Positions 47,385 through 54,915 of a stretch of DNA of 64,000 bases are shown here, in pieces. Made by a program: the position numbers and the translations under genes. Numbering within the stretch: the stretch's first letter is position 1; every line of letters starts with the position of its first letter. The notes beneath the pieces were generated by a model, which saw nothing but the letters and a program-made list of their open reading frames with translations, searched no databases and was not told where the DNA came from. Source of the stretch: a virus (Duplodnaviria > Caudoviricetes); IMG/VR virus record IMGVR_UViG_2839447872_000003, positions 1,166-65,165 of that record. One strand, 5' to 3'.

Positions 47385-47489
47385 ATGGCTAAAGTATACG
47401 CAGATCTGATCCGTAAGGGCTTAAAGACAATCGGGGACGTACCCAGGGCTTTACAGGCCGAGGTCAAGGAGCTGCTCGAACATGAGTAG
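47385..47489 (+). CDS. Small XkdX/CD1375-like protein
   Basis: MAKVYADLIRKGLKTIGDVP (34 aa), below the ORF-track cutoff. Confidence 0.8.
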   Translation: MAKVYADLIRKGLKTIGDVPRALQAEVKELLEHE

Positions 47490-47538
47490 CTTTTTTCTTT
47501 TCCTCGCAAAAATATTCTGCCGGAGGGAGGTGCGCATA

Positions 47539-47658
47539 ATGGCAGTTGTTTACGCGACGCTGATCGTGAAAGGCAAAAAGACGCTGGAGGACGTCCCGGC
47601 GCTGCTCAAAGAACAGGTGCGGGAAATTCTCTCCGCTCTCGATGTGGAAGTGCAGTAA
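47539..47658 (+). CDS. Small XkdX/CD1375-like protein, second paralog
   Basis: MAVVYATLIVKGKKTLEDVP (39 aa), GGAGG RBS. Confidence 0.8.
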   Translation: MAVVYATLIVKGKKTLEDVPALLKEQVREILSALDVEVQ

Positions 47659-47722
47659 CATACGATGGGGCCGGGCTGGCGGAACAGCCCGGCCCTATAT
47701 TTTGCCCGTGGGGGTGTAAGTA

Positions 47723-48073
47723 ATGGCGGATGAAAAATGCATCGTAGACCCGCAGCGGGATTGCCTTGGGCTGCATAAGGCAATCGCCCTGGAAAAGCAG
47801 ATGTCGGAATACCGCACCCAGGCGCGGGAAACGCACGCCGACATGTATAGACGGATTGCGGCGCTGGAACAGTCCGGCTCTGCACAGGAGGCGCGGTATC
47901 AGGCAATCATGGATAAATTGACGGAACTGTCCGTCCGGCTTAATGAGGCAATGGCAACTATTGCGGCGCTTAAAGAAAAACCGGCGAAACGGTGGGAGAG
48001 CATTGCCGACAAAGCGATATGGGCCGTGCTCGCGGCGGTGATCGCCTTTGTACTGGGACGGATGGGGCTGTAA
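47723..48073 (+). CDS. Lysis-module coiled-coil protein with C-terminal TM
   Basis: KPAKRWESI...LAAVIAFVLG. Confidence 0.7.
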   Translation: MADEKCIVDPQRDCLGLHKAIALEKQMSEYRTQARETHADMYRRIAALEQSGSAQEARYQAIMDKLTELSVRLNEAMATIAALKEKPAKRWESIADKAIWAVLAAVIAFVLGRMGL

Positions 48074-48089
48074 GACTGGAGGAGCACAA

Positions 48090-48368
48090 ATGAAAATCAA
48101 TTGGAAGGTACGCATTAAAAACCCGCTGTGGTGGGTGCAGATAGCGGCGGCGCTGGTACTGCCGGTGCTCGCATACTTCGGCCTGGCCTGGGAAGATATG
48201 ACCTCTTGGGGCGCGCTGAGGGATGTGCTTCTGCGCGCGGTGCAGAATCCCGTTGTGCTGCTCGCAGCGGCGGCCAGCGTGTTTAACGCTGTGACCGACC
48301 CGACGACGGCCGGCGTTGGGGACAGCAGGCGGGCGCTTGAGTATAAGACGCCGAATCGTGACGAATGA
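48090..48368 (+). CDS. Holin (phi LC3-like)
   Basis: MKINWKVRIKN..WW...DPTTAGVGDS. Confidence 0.92.
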   Translation: MKINWKVRIKNPLWWVQIAAALVLPVLAYFGLAWEDMTSWGALRDVLLRAVQNPVVLLAAAASVFNAVTDPTTAGVGDSRRALEYKTPNRDE

Positions 48369-48391
48369 AGTCGGTCAATGCAGATTCCAGC

Positions 48392-48420
48392 TTGTAAAAA
48401 AGGGCGGCGCATGGTAAAAT
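48392..48420 (+). promoter_or_regulatory. Toxin promoter
   Basis: TTGTAA-17-TAAAAT with extended TG. Confidence 0.7.
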
Positions 48421-48482
48421 AATGCTGGCGCTGTCGCAAACGGCAGGCGGTTAAGTCTTGCCCCTGAAAGGGGGCGTTGCAT

Positions 48483-48554
48483 ATGGACTATGGTTGGGTC
48501 ATCCTTGTGCTGATTTTGGCCACGGGTTACATAATTGCAATAAAAAAAGATTAG
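48483..48554 (+). CDS. Type I toxin-like hydrophobic peptide (23 aa)
   Basis: MDYGWVILVLILATGYIIAIKKD, GAAAGGGGG RBS. Confidence 0.8.
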   Translation: MDYGWVILVLILATGYIIAIKKD

Positions 48555-48632
48555 CCGCCCTCACCTTCACATGAAGCGGCTAATCTTTTAGCTATTCTGT
48601 AGGGGCTAACCGTCTGTCGACAGCGCCTCTTT
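48542..48632 (-). ncRNA. Putative antisense antitoxin RNA
   Basis: Perfect TTGACA(48667)-17-TATAAT(48644) leftward promoter; hairpin AAAGATTAGCCGC/GCGGCTAATCTTT with U-run. Confidence 0.75.
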
Positions 48633-48665
48633 GTTTTTATTATATCCGTACCGGAGATATCTGTC

Positions 48666-48694
48666 AAGCCGCTGGCCTTTGGCCGGCGGCTTTT
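48666..48694 (+). terminator. Intrinsic terminator of the toxin cassette
   Basis: AAGCCGCTGGCC-ttt-GGCCGGCGGCTTTT. Confidence 0.7.
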
Positions 48695-48795
48695 CCATCA
48701 TTCACATAAGGGATTTGAATTTAACATAAATGTTTATAAACTTCAATATATCGATTAAAAACTATAATCATAATTACAGTTCGGAGGATTGCAAA

Positions 48796-49590
48796 ATGGG
48801 ACAAGCCATAAAAGGTATTGATATTTCATCGCATCAGGGGGAAATTGATTTTGAGCGCGTGAAAGCGGACGGCGTCCGCTTTGTGATCATCAAGGCCGGG
48901 CAGGGCCTTCGGGAAATGGGGACGTTCCGTCAAAAATACCTGCCCGCAGTGCTGGCCGCGGGGCTTGACTGGGGCGCGTACTGGTGGAGCGACGCCGTGA
49001 CGGCCGCCGAAGCTCAAAAGGAGGCGGCGGCATTCGTCAGGGCGCTCGACGGCCTGCGCCCGACTTATCCGGTGTATATGGACCAGGAATATGAATCTCT
49101 CTGCGGTAACGCCTGGGGAGTGGGCAAGGGAAAGCAGCTTCGCACCGACATGGCAAAGGCGTTCCTGAAGGTTCTGGAGGACGCCGGGTACTACGCGGGG
49201 CTGTACGCTTCGACAAACTGGCTGCAATACTGGGTGGACGACAAACAGCTTGAAGCATATGACAAGTGGGTTGCGCAGTACGCCGAAAAATGCACCTACA
49301 CCGGCAGTTACGGGATGTGGCAGCATCATGGGAACGCGCGGGGCTTTGTAGGGTGTGTGGACGGCATTTCCGTACCGGTGGATATCAACGCCTGCTATCG
49401 GGATTACCCGGAGATCATCCGGGCAAACCTGCTCAACGGCTGGAAAAGTGTGGACAAGCCGGATGTGCCAACCAATCCGTCTGAGGATGGGACAATTAGT
49501 GTGTCAAGGGCAAAGTTGGAGGGCCTGCGGGATGACCTGGCGGCGGCGCTCAATTCGGTTACGCGGATATTGGGGACCGACAAGATATAA
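48796..49590 (+). CDS. GH25 endolysin
   Basis: GIDISSHQGEIDF, VYMDQE, MWQ, VDINACY. Confidence 0.92.
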   Translation: MGQAIKGIDISSHQGEIDFERVKADGVRFVIIKAGQGLREMGTFRQKYLPAVLAAGLDWGAYWWSDAVTAAEAQKEAAAFVRALDGLRPTYPVYMDQEYESLCGNAWGVGKGKQLRTDMAKAFLKVLEDAGYYAGLYASTNWLQYWVDDKQLEAYDKWVAQYAEKCTYTGSYGMWQHHGNARGFVGCVDGISVPVDINACYRDYPEIIRANLLNGWKSVDKPDVPTNPSEDGTISVSRAKLEGLRDDLAAALNSVTRILGTDKI

Positions 49591-49653
49591 TAATCTAATG
49601 ATGCAATTACTTTACGCAAGTTTTTTCATTCAATATGTTTTTATGTTTAGAGC

Positions 49654-49696
49654 AAAAGCCCCCCTTGCAGGAATCGTTCCTGCAAGGGGGGCTTTT
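49654..49696. terminator. Bidirectional terminator
   Basis: AAAAGCCCCCCTTGCAGGAA-tcg-TTCCTGCAAGGGGGGCTTTT. Confidence 0.9.
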
Positions 49697-49816
49697 GGTA
49701 TTTTTACGGCTTCGTTCTAGAGGGCTTTTTAGAACGTTTTTGAGCGTGGGGGCGTCTACCCTCCCATGGCGCAAAGTATCCGTTGCAACTCAAGTATGGG
49801 GCCATCAGGGGCATTT

Positions 49817-50170
49817 CTAACCGTTTGCCACAATCTCCACTGCGGCAATCTCCACCAGATCGTCACGAACGGCGCCGACATTCAGCGTTGAGCCGACGCG
49901 ATAGTAGGCCAGAATTTCTTCATCTGTGCCATTGATGCGCGTGGTGATGGTGTTCCTGTCGGCCAGCGTTACGCGGACCAGCCTGGGACCACCTTCGGGC
50001 GGCTTGCTGTCCACCGCCCAGCCCGATTCCTCTAGATCGTAGAAGCTGTTCCAGTTAGATTCCTTTCTGCCCTCGTAACCTCCGGGGCGGTCAATGCGAA
50101 GTAATGCGAAGCTGACGCCCTTATCACTCTTGGCTCTCAAAGTACTCTTCCTCCCCGTAATCTTCCTCAA
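49817..50170 (-). CDS. Hypothetical phage protein (true start probably downstream of 50170)
   Basis: C-terminal ITTRINGTDEEILAYY looks protein-like; the N-terminal part overlaps the next gene. Confidence 0.45.
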   Translation of the reverse strand: MRKITGRKSTLRAKSDKGVSFALLRIDRPGGYEGRKESNWNSFYDLEESGWAVDSKPPEGGPRLVRVTLADRNTITTRINGTDEEILAYYRVGSTLNVGAVRDDLVEIAAVEIVANG

Positions 50171-50342
50171 AGCGACTCTCGGTGACGCCGCCGTAGGTGT
50201 AGCCGCTGTCGAAACTCAGGTAAACAGGCGTGTCCTCGTCATAATTTCCAAGGAAATCCATCAGTTCGCCGACCGTCATGGTTTTCTTTATTTGGTCGAT
50301 TCCATATCCCTCGCGAAAGGTAGAATAAATCAGCTTTTCCAT
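50124..50342 (-). CDS. Hypothetical phage protein
   Basis: AAAGGAG RBS; MTVGELMDFLGNYDEDTPV. Confidence 0.75.
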   Translation of the reverse strand: MEKLIYSTFREGYGIDQIKKTMTVGELMDFLGNYDEDTPVYLSFDSGYTYGGVTESRFEEDYGEEEYFESQE

Positions 50343-50355
50343 AGTGCGCTCCTTT

Positions 50356-50730
50356 TCAATTTTCGGTCGTCAGACGGATAAAAGATGCGGCATAGTTACA
50401 AATGCGCGTGGGATGGAGCTGATCGTCGATGTATGCGCGGTGATAATTGGCGTAGACACAGTTTGTCCATCGCTTCAGCACTTCCAATGCCCACGGAAGC
50501 CCCCATCCATCAAGGCGTTCTCTACGTTCATAGAGAGTGACCGCAATACAGATTGCCACGGTCGCGCGCCCATGATTTTTTACGCACTCGTCAAAATTGG
50601 CGCCAACGCCAATTAAGGAAAGAGCGTCCTTTGCAGCTTCTAGCCGTTTGAGAAAAGAAAACCTCGCCTCCCGGCTGCCATCGCCATTTATGGCCTTAAT
50701 TTCACGCGTAAGTGTGTGGTCGAGTTTCAT
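50356..50730 (-). CDS. Hypothetical phage protein
   Basis: AAGGAGG RBS, 124 aa. Confidence 0.7.
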   Translation of the reverse strand: MKLDHTLTREIKAINGDGSREARFSFLKRLEAAKDALSLIGVGANFDECVKNHGRATVAICIAVTLYERRERLDGWGLPWALEVLKRWTNCVYANYHRAYIDDQLHPTRICNYAASFIRLTTEN

Positions 50731-50855
50731 TTTGTGTGCCTCCTTGATTTTTTTGCCTTACTCTGCTATCATGGAGGCGGCCGGGGTAAGGCTCCCGGCT
50801 CACCTGACTTGGTGGAGAGTAGCGGCGTTCTTTGCGGGGCGGCCGCTATTCTTTT

Positions 50856-50975
50856 TTACTCGTCTTTGAGTATCCGCTTTACCGACTCTCGAAGTTCCTC
50901 AATCGTGTGGCACTTCTCAATCAGTTCAAGGATTGCTCTCAGCAGATACTCGCTGACGTTTGCCATCTTGTCCAT
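50856..50975 (-). CDS. Small helical protein (39 aa)
   Basis: MDKMANVSEYLLRAILELIEKCHTIEELRESVKRILKDE; GGGAG-GAGG RBS; first gene after a perfect promoter. Confidence 0.7.
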   Translation of the reverse strand: MDKMANVSEYLLRAILELIEKCHTIEELRESVKRILKDE

Positions 50976-51025
50976 TCACCTCACTCCCTTCTGTAAGAGG
51001 TTTTGTACCTCTGCCTTACACTCAT

Positions 51026-51125
51026 ATTATAAACCATTCGGTTTAATTTGTCAACCCTTTATTTTAACTTTTTGGATTATTTTTTAAAATTTTTATTTGA
51101 CAAATTGAACTAAATAGAATATAAT
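51026..51125. promoter_or_regulatory. Back-to-back consensus sigma-A promoters
   Basis: Leftward TTGACA(51054)-17-TATAAT(51031); rightward TTGACA(51097)-17-TATAAT(51120). Confidence 0.9.
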
Positions 51126-51145
51126 CGTAGCATGGAGGTGATGGC

Positions 51146-51355
51146 ATGACCGTAAGACAACTCGTAGAGATGGCGGTTGCCTACGCCGGGATCTCAAATG
51201 CCGAATTAGCAAGGCGGCTTGGGTGGTCCCAGCAGCTCTTGAATAAAAGGATGAATACCGGGAAGTTCAGCATGGAAGATTGGGAGAATGTTGCTAAAGC
51301 CTTGGGTGCGAAAGCGAAAATCTGCTTTGTGTTCCCAGATGGCAAGGAGGTCTGA
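51146..51355 (+). CDS. XRE-family HTH protein
   Basis: GISNAELARRLGWSQQLLNKRM. Confidence 0.85.
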   Translation: MTVRQLVEMAVAYAGISNAELARRLGWSQQLLNKRMNTGKFSMEDWENVAKALGAKAKICFVFPDGKEV

Positions 51356-51357
51356 AA

Positions 51358-51621
51358 ATGTATCAAGACATTGAGAAAGAAGGCATTCGTCGCACTATCA
51401 TTTCCTTCGACCCGTTCCTGAAGCGGCCTGATGTAATCGGTCTGACTGATGCACAGGTCGGGAAGAAGTACGAACTTGCCACGCAGACCGTTAAGGCCAT
51501 GCGCCGCCATTTGGATGTGCCGTATGACACCATCCAGAAGTTGTGCCACTTGCTGGAATGCCAGCCGGGGGACATCATGGATGCGACCACCGTCTACACG
51601 ATACCGGTAAAAGGTGAATAA
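51358..51621 (+). CDS. HTH_26-like protein
   Basis: TIQKLCHLLECQPGDIM. Confidence 0.75.
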   Translation: MYQDIEKEGIRRTIISFDPFLKRPDVIGLTDAQVGKKYELATQTVKAMRRHLDVPYDTIQKLCHLLECQPGDIMDATTVYTIPVKGE

Positions 51622-51678
51622 GCTAAAAGAGAGTGCAGAGCCGTAGCCTTGCACTCTCTCTCTTTGATAAGCTGGTCA

Positions 51679-51936
51679 TCATTTATGTACCTTGTTCCCG
51701 GCCCTTGTGTTCTCTATCTTTGGAACGCTGTTGGGGATACGGATGATTATCTCGTCCAGCTCGCACCCAAGCGCTTCGCATATCAGATCGAGATGTTCAA
51801 GGCTGACCCGTTCGGCAAACTCGTGATAGAGTTCTCCAATCGTGTTAGGTCTGATTCCGGTAGCCCTTGCAAGATCTGCCTGCGTCCACCTCTGCTCGCC
51901 AAGCCGTGTGGACAGTAAAATCCTAATCATAGCCAA
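51679..51936 (-). CDS. HTH_26/XRE protein
   Basis: WTQADLARATGIRPNTI...LDLICEALGC. Confidence 0.88.
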   Translation of the reverse strand: MAMIRILLSTRLGEQRWTQADLARATGIRPNTIGELYHEFAERVSLEHLDLICEALGCELDEIIIRIPNSVPKIENTRAGNKVHK

Positions 51937-52023
51937 GCTCCTTTTTATTAGATTCTAACAATTATTTTAGAATCTTGCTGGTCTTTGGTAGGAAATAACC
52001 ATTTTCGTTATAGTATTTTATGT

Positions 52024-52070
52024 AAAAAAAAGTCTATTATACAGATTTTTACTGTATAATAGACTTTTTT
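52024..52070. terminator. Long hairpin, probable integrase terminator in the circular phage
   Basis: AAAAAAAGTCTATTATACAG-attttta-CTGTATAATAGACTTTTTT. Confidence 0.8.
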
Positions 52071-52075
52071 ATTAT

Positions 52076-52162
52076 TTAAATTGTAAGTGGATAAACCAAA
52101 ACGAACACTCCGCCAAGCATGTAAACGACTGGCGCAGTGTTCGTCTGGCTCTCTTTTGGTGG
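52076..52162 (-). other. Right att junction encoding the attP-form integrase C-terminus
   Basis: In frame with the integrase PPK codons across CCACCAAAA: ESQTNTAPVVYMLGGVFVLVYPLTI, TAA at 52076-52078. Confidence 0.8.
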
Positions 52163-52215
52163 AGACGAAGGGGATCGAACCCTCTACCTCTTGAATGCCA
52201 TTCAAGCGCTCTCCC
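52157..52215 (-). pseudogene. 5'-truncated tRNA-Ala(GGC) remnant (attB)
   Basis: GGGAGAGCGCTTGAATGGCATTCAAGAGGTAGAGGGTTCGATCCCCTTCGTCTCCACCA has anticodon arm, T arm, U70 and CCA; the upstream sequence cannot form an acceptor stem. Confidence 0.85.
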
Positions 52216-52383
52216 GAACCACCGGGTATGCACCCTCTGATGGCTTGGGAAAGGGCTTGAATATCCCGCCCCGGCAATTGATGAGAGACAAATTGCAGTA
52301 TAGCATGGAAGGTATATGTTGTCAACTGGCCATATCAAACTTTGATATGTACCCCTCGCCATGATTGTGGCAAGGGTGAGAGC

Positions 52384-54012
52384 TTATTGCGCCATGGGCA
52401 GTTCATAGGTAGCGCATTCGTCGATGCTGTCGATACCGTTCAGGAATTGCTCCACATTGATGTTGAATTCAATCTTGATTCTATAGTCCCGGAACACCGA
52501 AACCTTCTTGATGATGTAGCCGCAGATCATTTTCTTGACCTCCATTGGGCTTTCATCGAAAATCTTGGACCAGGACACGATCCGGTTGAACTCGGCCTTC
52601 ATCTCCTCGATCTTTGAGTTTCCATCATTCAGTTCCGCGGTAAGGGTCGTGATTCGTTCACTGGTGGACAGTACCTTCTGTCGGGTATCCTCCAGCATTT
52701 CAGTCAGCACATCTTGCGGCAGGGCGCTTTTCCCTTGGATCGCCTTCAGCACCTCGGCCTTGAGGGATTCATATTCCTTATTGGCCTTGGTGTTTTCGGC
52801 TCTGGCCCGCTGCAATTCCGAGCGTATCATTGCCATCTGCTTTTGAACCGCGCTTCCCACAATCATGTCGTTGGAAGCTCCCTGCATCTTGTCGAAGACC
52901 TGATGCAGCACCTCAGTGACGATCCCGTCCAGAATGTGCATTGTGTATCCAGTCTGTCCTGTACATTCCTGACGGCGCCGGGTCTTGTTGTAGCATACAT
53001 AGCGAATACGTTTTTTATGGACCGGCGTCCCATCCGCGAGGCGGGTGGTTGTCCCGTTGGTAGTGAGCACCAGCCGGCCTCCACAGTGGCCGCAGAAGAT
53101 GTTCCCGGAAAGCAGGGATTGGCCTGTGGTATTCAGCGGTACTGTACGCCGCTCTTTCCGCTCATTGGTCCGCTCCAGCATCAGTTTCTGCGCCAGATCG
53201 AATTGGTCTGGGGCGATGATCTGGAGGGCCTCAAAGGGACCGGCATAGGTTTCTCCGCTCCGAAGGATTCCCTTGTAGAGCGGGTTGTGCAGGATGCCTC
53301 CCACACTGGCGTCGTGCCAGTTTTGTCCCTTCCGGTTTTTGATCCTGTGGTCGTTGAGGAAGTTGGCAAGGCGCCATCTGCCGTAACCGGACGAAATGCA
53401 GAGGTCAAACATCATCCGGACGACTCTGGCCTCGTCCTCATCAATGACCAGCATGTACACCTCATGTTTGCGCTTGTTGAGGATGCCGCTCTTTTCCAGC
53501 CGGTACCCGTATGGTGCGTTTCCACCGCGGAACCGGCCTTCCTCTACCATCTGGCCAAGGGCCGTTTTGGTGCGCATCGAAGTTTTCTGGCTCTCTCCAT
53601 CGGCCTGCCAGAAACGGATGTAGTTGGTCAGGCGGTCCGTGTGGGACTCAAACCGCTGCTCTCCTTCCTGTACGCTCCAGACGCGGACGCCCTTTTTAGT
53701 AAACCACTCCACAACGAAGGGTGTTTCATCTGACTTGCGGCCCAGTCGGTCGAACATGAAGACAAGCAGAATATCGAACTTGCCCTGCTCTGCATACTTC
53801 TTGATGAGCTGCAGTTTATCACGGTCATCGGCGCTGACTTTATAACCGGATACGCCAGTTTCCTGCTCCTCGCCCACGATGACCCAGCCCATTTTCGCCG
53901 CAAAATCGTGGCAGGCTTTTCTCTGCATAGGGATGTCTGCCTGGTTGTTTTCATCGTGGTCGACCTGCTTGTTGGTGGAAACTCTGTATAAACAATAAAC
54001 TCTTTCAGCCAT
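52384..54012 (-). CDS. Large serine recombinase
   Basis: CLYRVST, FDRLGR, GGNAPYGY, LSGNIFCGHCG. Confidence 0.95.
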   Translation of the reverse strand: MAERVYCLYRVSTNKQVDHDENNQADIPMQRKACHDFAAKMGWVIVGEEQETGVSGYKVSADDRDKLQLIKKYAEQGKFDILLVFMFDRLGRKSDETPFVVEWFTKKGVRVWSVQEGEQRFESHTDRLTNYIRFWQADGESQKTSMRTKTALGQMVEEGRFRGGNAPYGYRLEKSGILNKRKHEVYMLVIDEDEARVVRMMFDLCISSGYGRWRLANFLNDHRIKNRKGQNWHDASVGGILHNPLYKGILRSGETYAGPFEALQIIAPDQFDLAQKLMLERTNERKERRTVPLNTTGQSLLSGNIFCGHCGGRLVLTTNGTTTRLADGTPVHKKRIRYVCYNKTRRRQECTGQTGYTMHILDGIVTEVLHQVFDKMQGASNDMIVGSAVQKQMAMIRSELQRARAENTKANKEYESLKAEVLKAIQGKSALPQDVLTEMLEDTRQKVLSTSERITTLTAELNDGNSKIEEMKAEFNRIVSWSKIFDESPMEVKKMICGYIIKKVSVFRDYRIKIEFNINVEQFLNGIDSIDECATYELPMAQ

Positions 54013-54204
54013 TGATATCCGTCCTCTCATGTTTTTGTGTGAGAGGGCGGACACCCAATTCATTCTATTCGATTATCAAGGTTCCCGGCTTTCGCCATAC
54101 CCATTATCTCACACTACGGCCAGAATAGCCAGGGAAATTGATAATCTTTTTGGAGGTAAATCTGCAGTAAATGGGCTGGTGTGTTGGGGTATCCTGTACT
54201 TTGC

Positions 54205-54606
54205 TCAAAGTTTTTGGGCCTCATCAGTCTGCCAAAAGCGAATGTAATCAAGCATGCGTTCTGCGTCAACGCCGTCTATGATCTCTCCCTCATAGACGCT
54301 CCAAACATGGATGCCCTTCTTGGTAAACCACTCTGCGATGAATGGGGTTTCGTTGAGATTGCGTCCCAGCCGGTCATACATAAAGACCAGCAGGATATCA
54401 AACTCACCCTGCTCAGCAGCCTTTCTAATGCGCTGTAACTTAACAAGGTCATCAGCGCTGACTTTATAGCCGGACACGCCGATCTCCTGCTCCTCGCCAA
54501 CAATGTTCCAGCCTTTTTTCTCTGCAAAATCGTGGCAGGCATTCTTCTGCATGAGAATGCTTTCCTGATCCTTACCTCTGTATAAGCAATAGACTCTTTC
54601 AGCCAT
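54205..54606 (-). CDS. Resolvase-domain-only paralog lacking the catalytic serine
   Basis: MAERVYCLYRGKDQ versus MAERVYCLYRVST; shares GVSGYKVSADD and DRLGR; ends at 133 aa. Confidence 0.8.
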   Translation of the reverse strand: MAERVYCLYRGKDQESILMQKNACHDFAEKKGWNIVGEEQEIGVSGYKVSADDLVKLQRIRKAAEQGEFDILLVFMYDRLGRNLNETPFIAEWFTKKGIHVWSVYEGEIIDGVDAERMLDYIRFWQTDEAQKL

Positions 54607-54662
54607 TTTACTGACCATCCCTTCATCAAATCTTCTGAATGCAAGACCTTCAGCAAGTCGTT

Positions 54663-54821
54663 CTATTTCTGGGGCATTGCATAGGCGCTCAGGAGAGCCT
54701 GCTTTACCAATACGGCAACTTCAGGATTTTCTTTTTCTGCAAAGCAGAGAGTGACCTTATAGCCCTGAACCGAGATATGCATTTCAGGCTTTTCTTCGTC
54801 GATTCTGAGTACCCTGTTCAT
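54663..54821 (-). CDS. Small hypothetical protein (52 aa)
   Basis: AGGAG RBS; MNRVLRIDEEKPEMHISVQGYKVTLCFAEKEN. Confidence 0.65.
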   Translation of the reverse strand: MNRVLRIDEEKPEMHISVQGYKVTLCFAEKENPEVAVLVKQALLSAYAMPQK

Positions 54822-54838
54822 AGTAATTCTCCTAAAAA

Positions 54839-54877
54839 TAAAGCATCGGCTATCCTAAAAAGATAGCCGATGCTTTT
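54839..54877. terminator. Intrinsic terminator
   Basis: AAGCATCGGCTATC-ctaaaaa-GATAGCCGATGCTT. Confidence 0.8.
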
Positions 54878-54915
54878 CAATTTCTAATTGTAGCTGCTTA
54901 GTGGCGATAGTCCTT

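Larger units (their letters stand above)
2110..52162. mobile_element. Prophage, lambda-like head with P2-like contractile tail, ~50 kb
   Basis: Complete module order from integrase to lysis, bounded by the direct repeat TTTTGGTGG at 2110-2118 and 52154-52162. Confidence 0.93.

Noticed and set aside
45929-48400. Diversity-generating retroelement or invertible tail-fiber cassette
   Set aside because: No reverse transcriptase, no template/variable repeat pair, and no invertase or inverted fiber copies seen.
52101-52144. LexA (Cheo) box in the ACGAACAC...GTGTTCGT repeat
   Set aside because: The spacing is far longer than GAAC-N4-GTTC; it is better explained as att-arm sequence.
52157-52232. Intact tRNA-Ala gene
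   Set aside because: The 17 nt upstream of the D-loop (TGCATACCCGGTGGTTC) cannot pair with CGTCTCC or form a D stem.
52714-53733. 339-aa plus-strand ORF
   Set aside because: Shadow of the serine recombinase.
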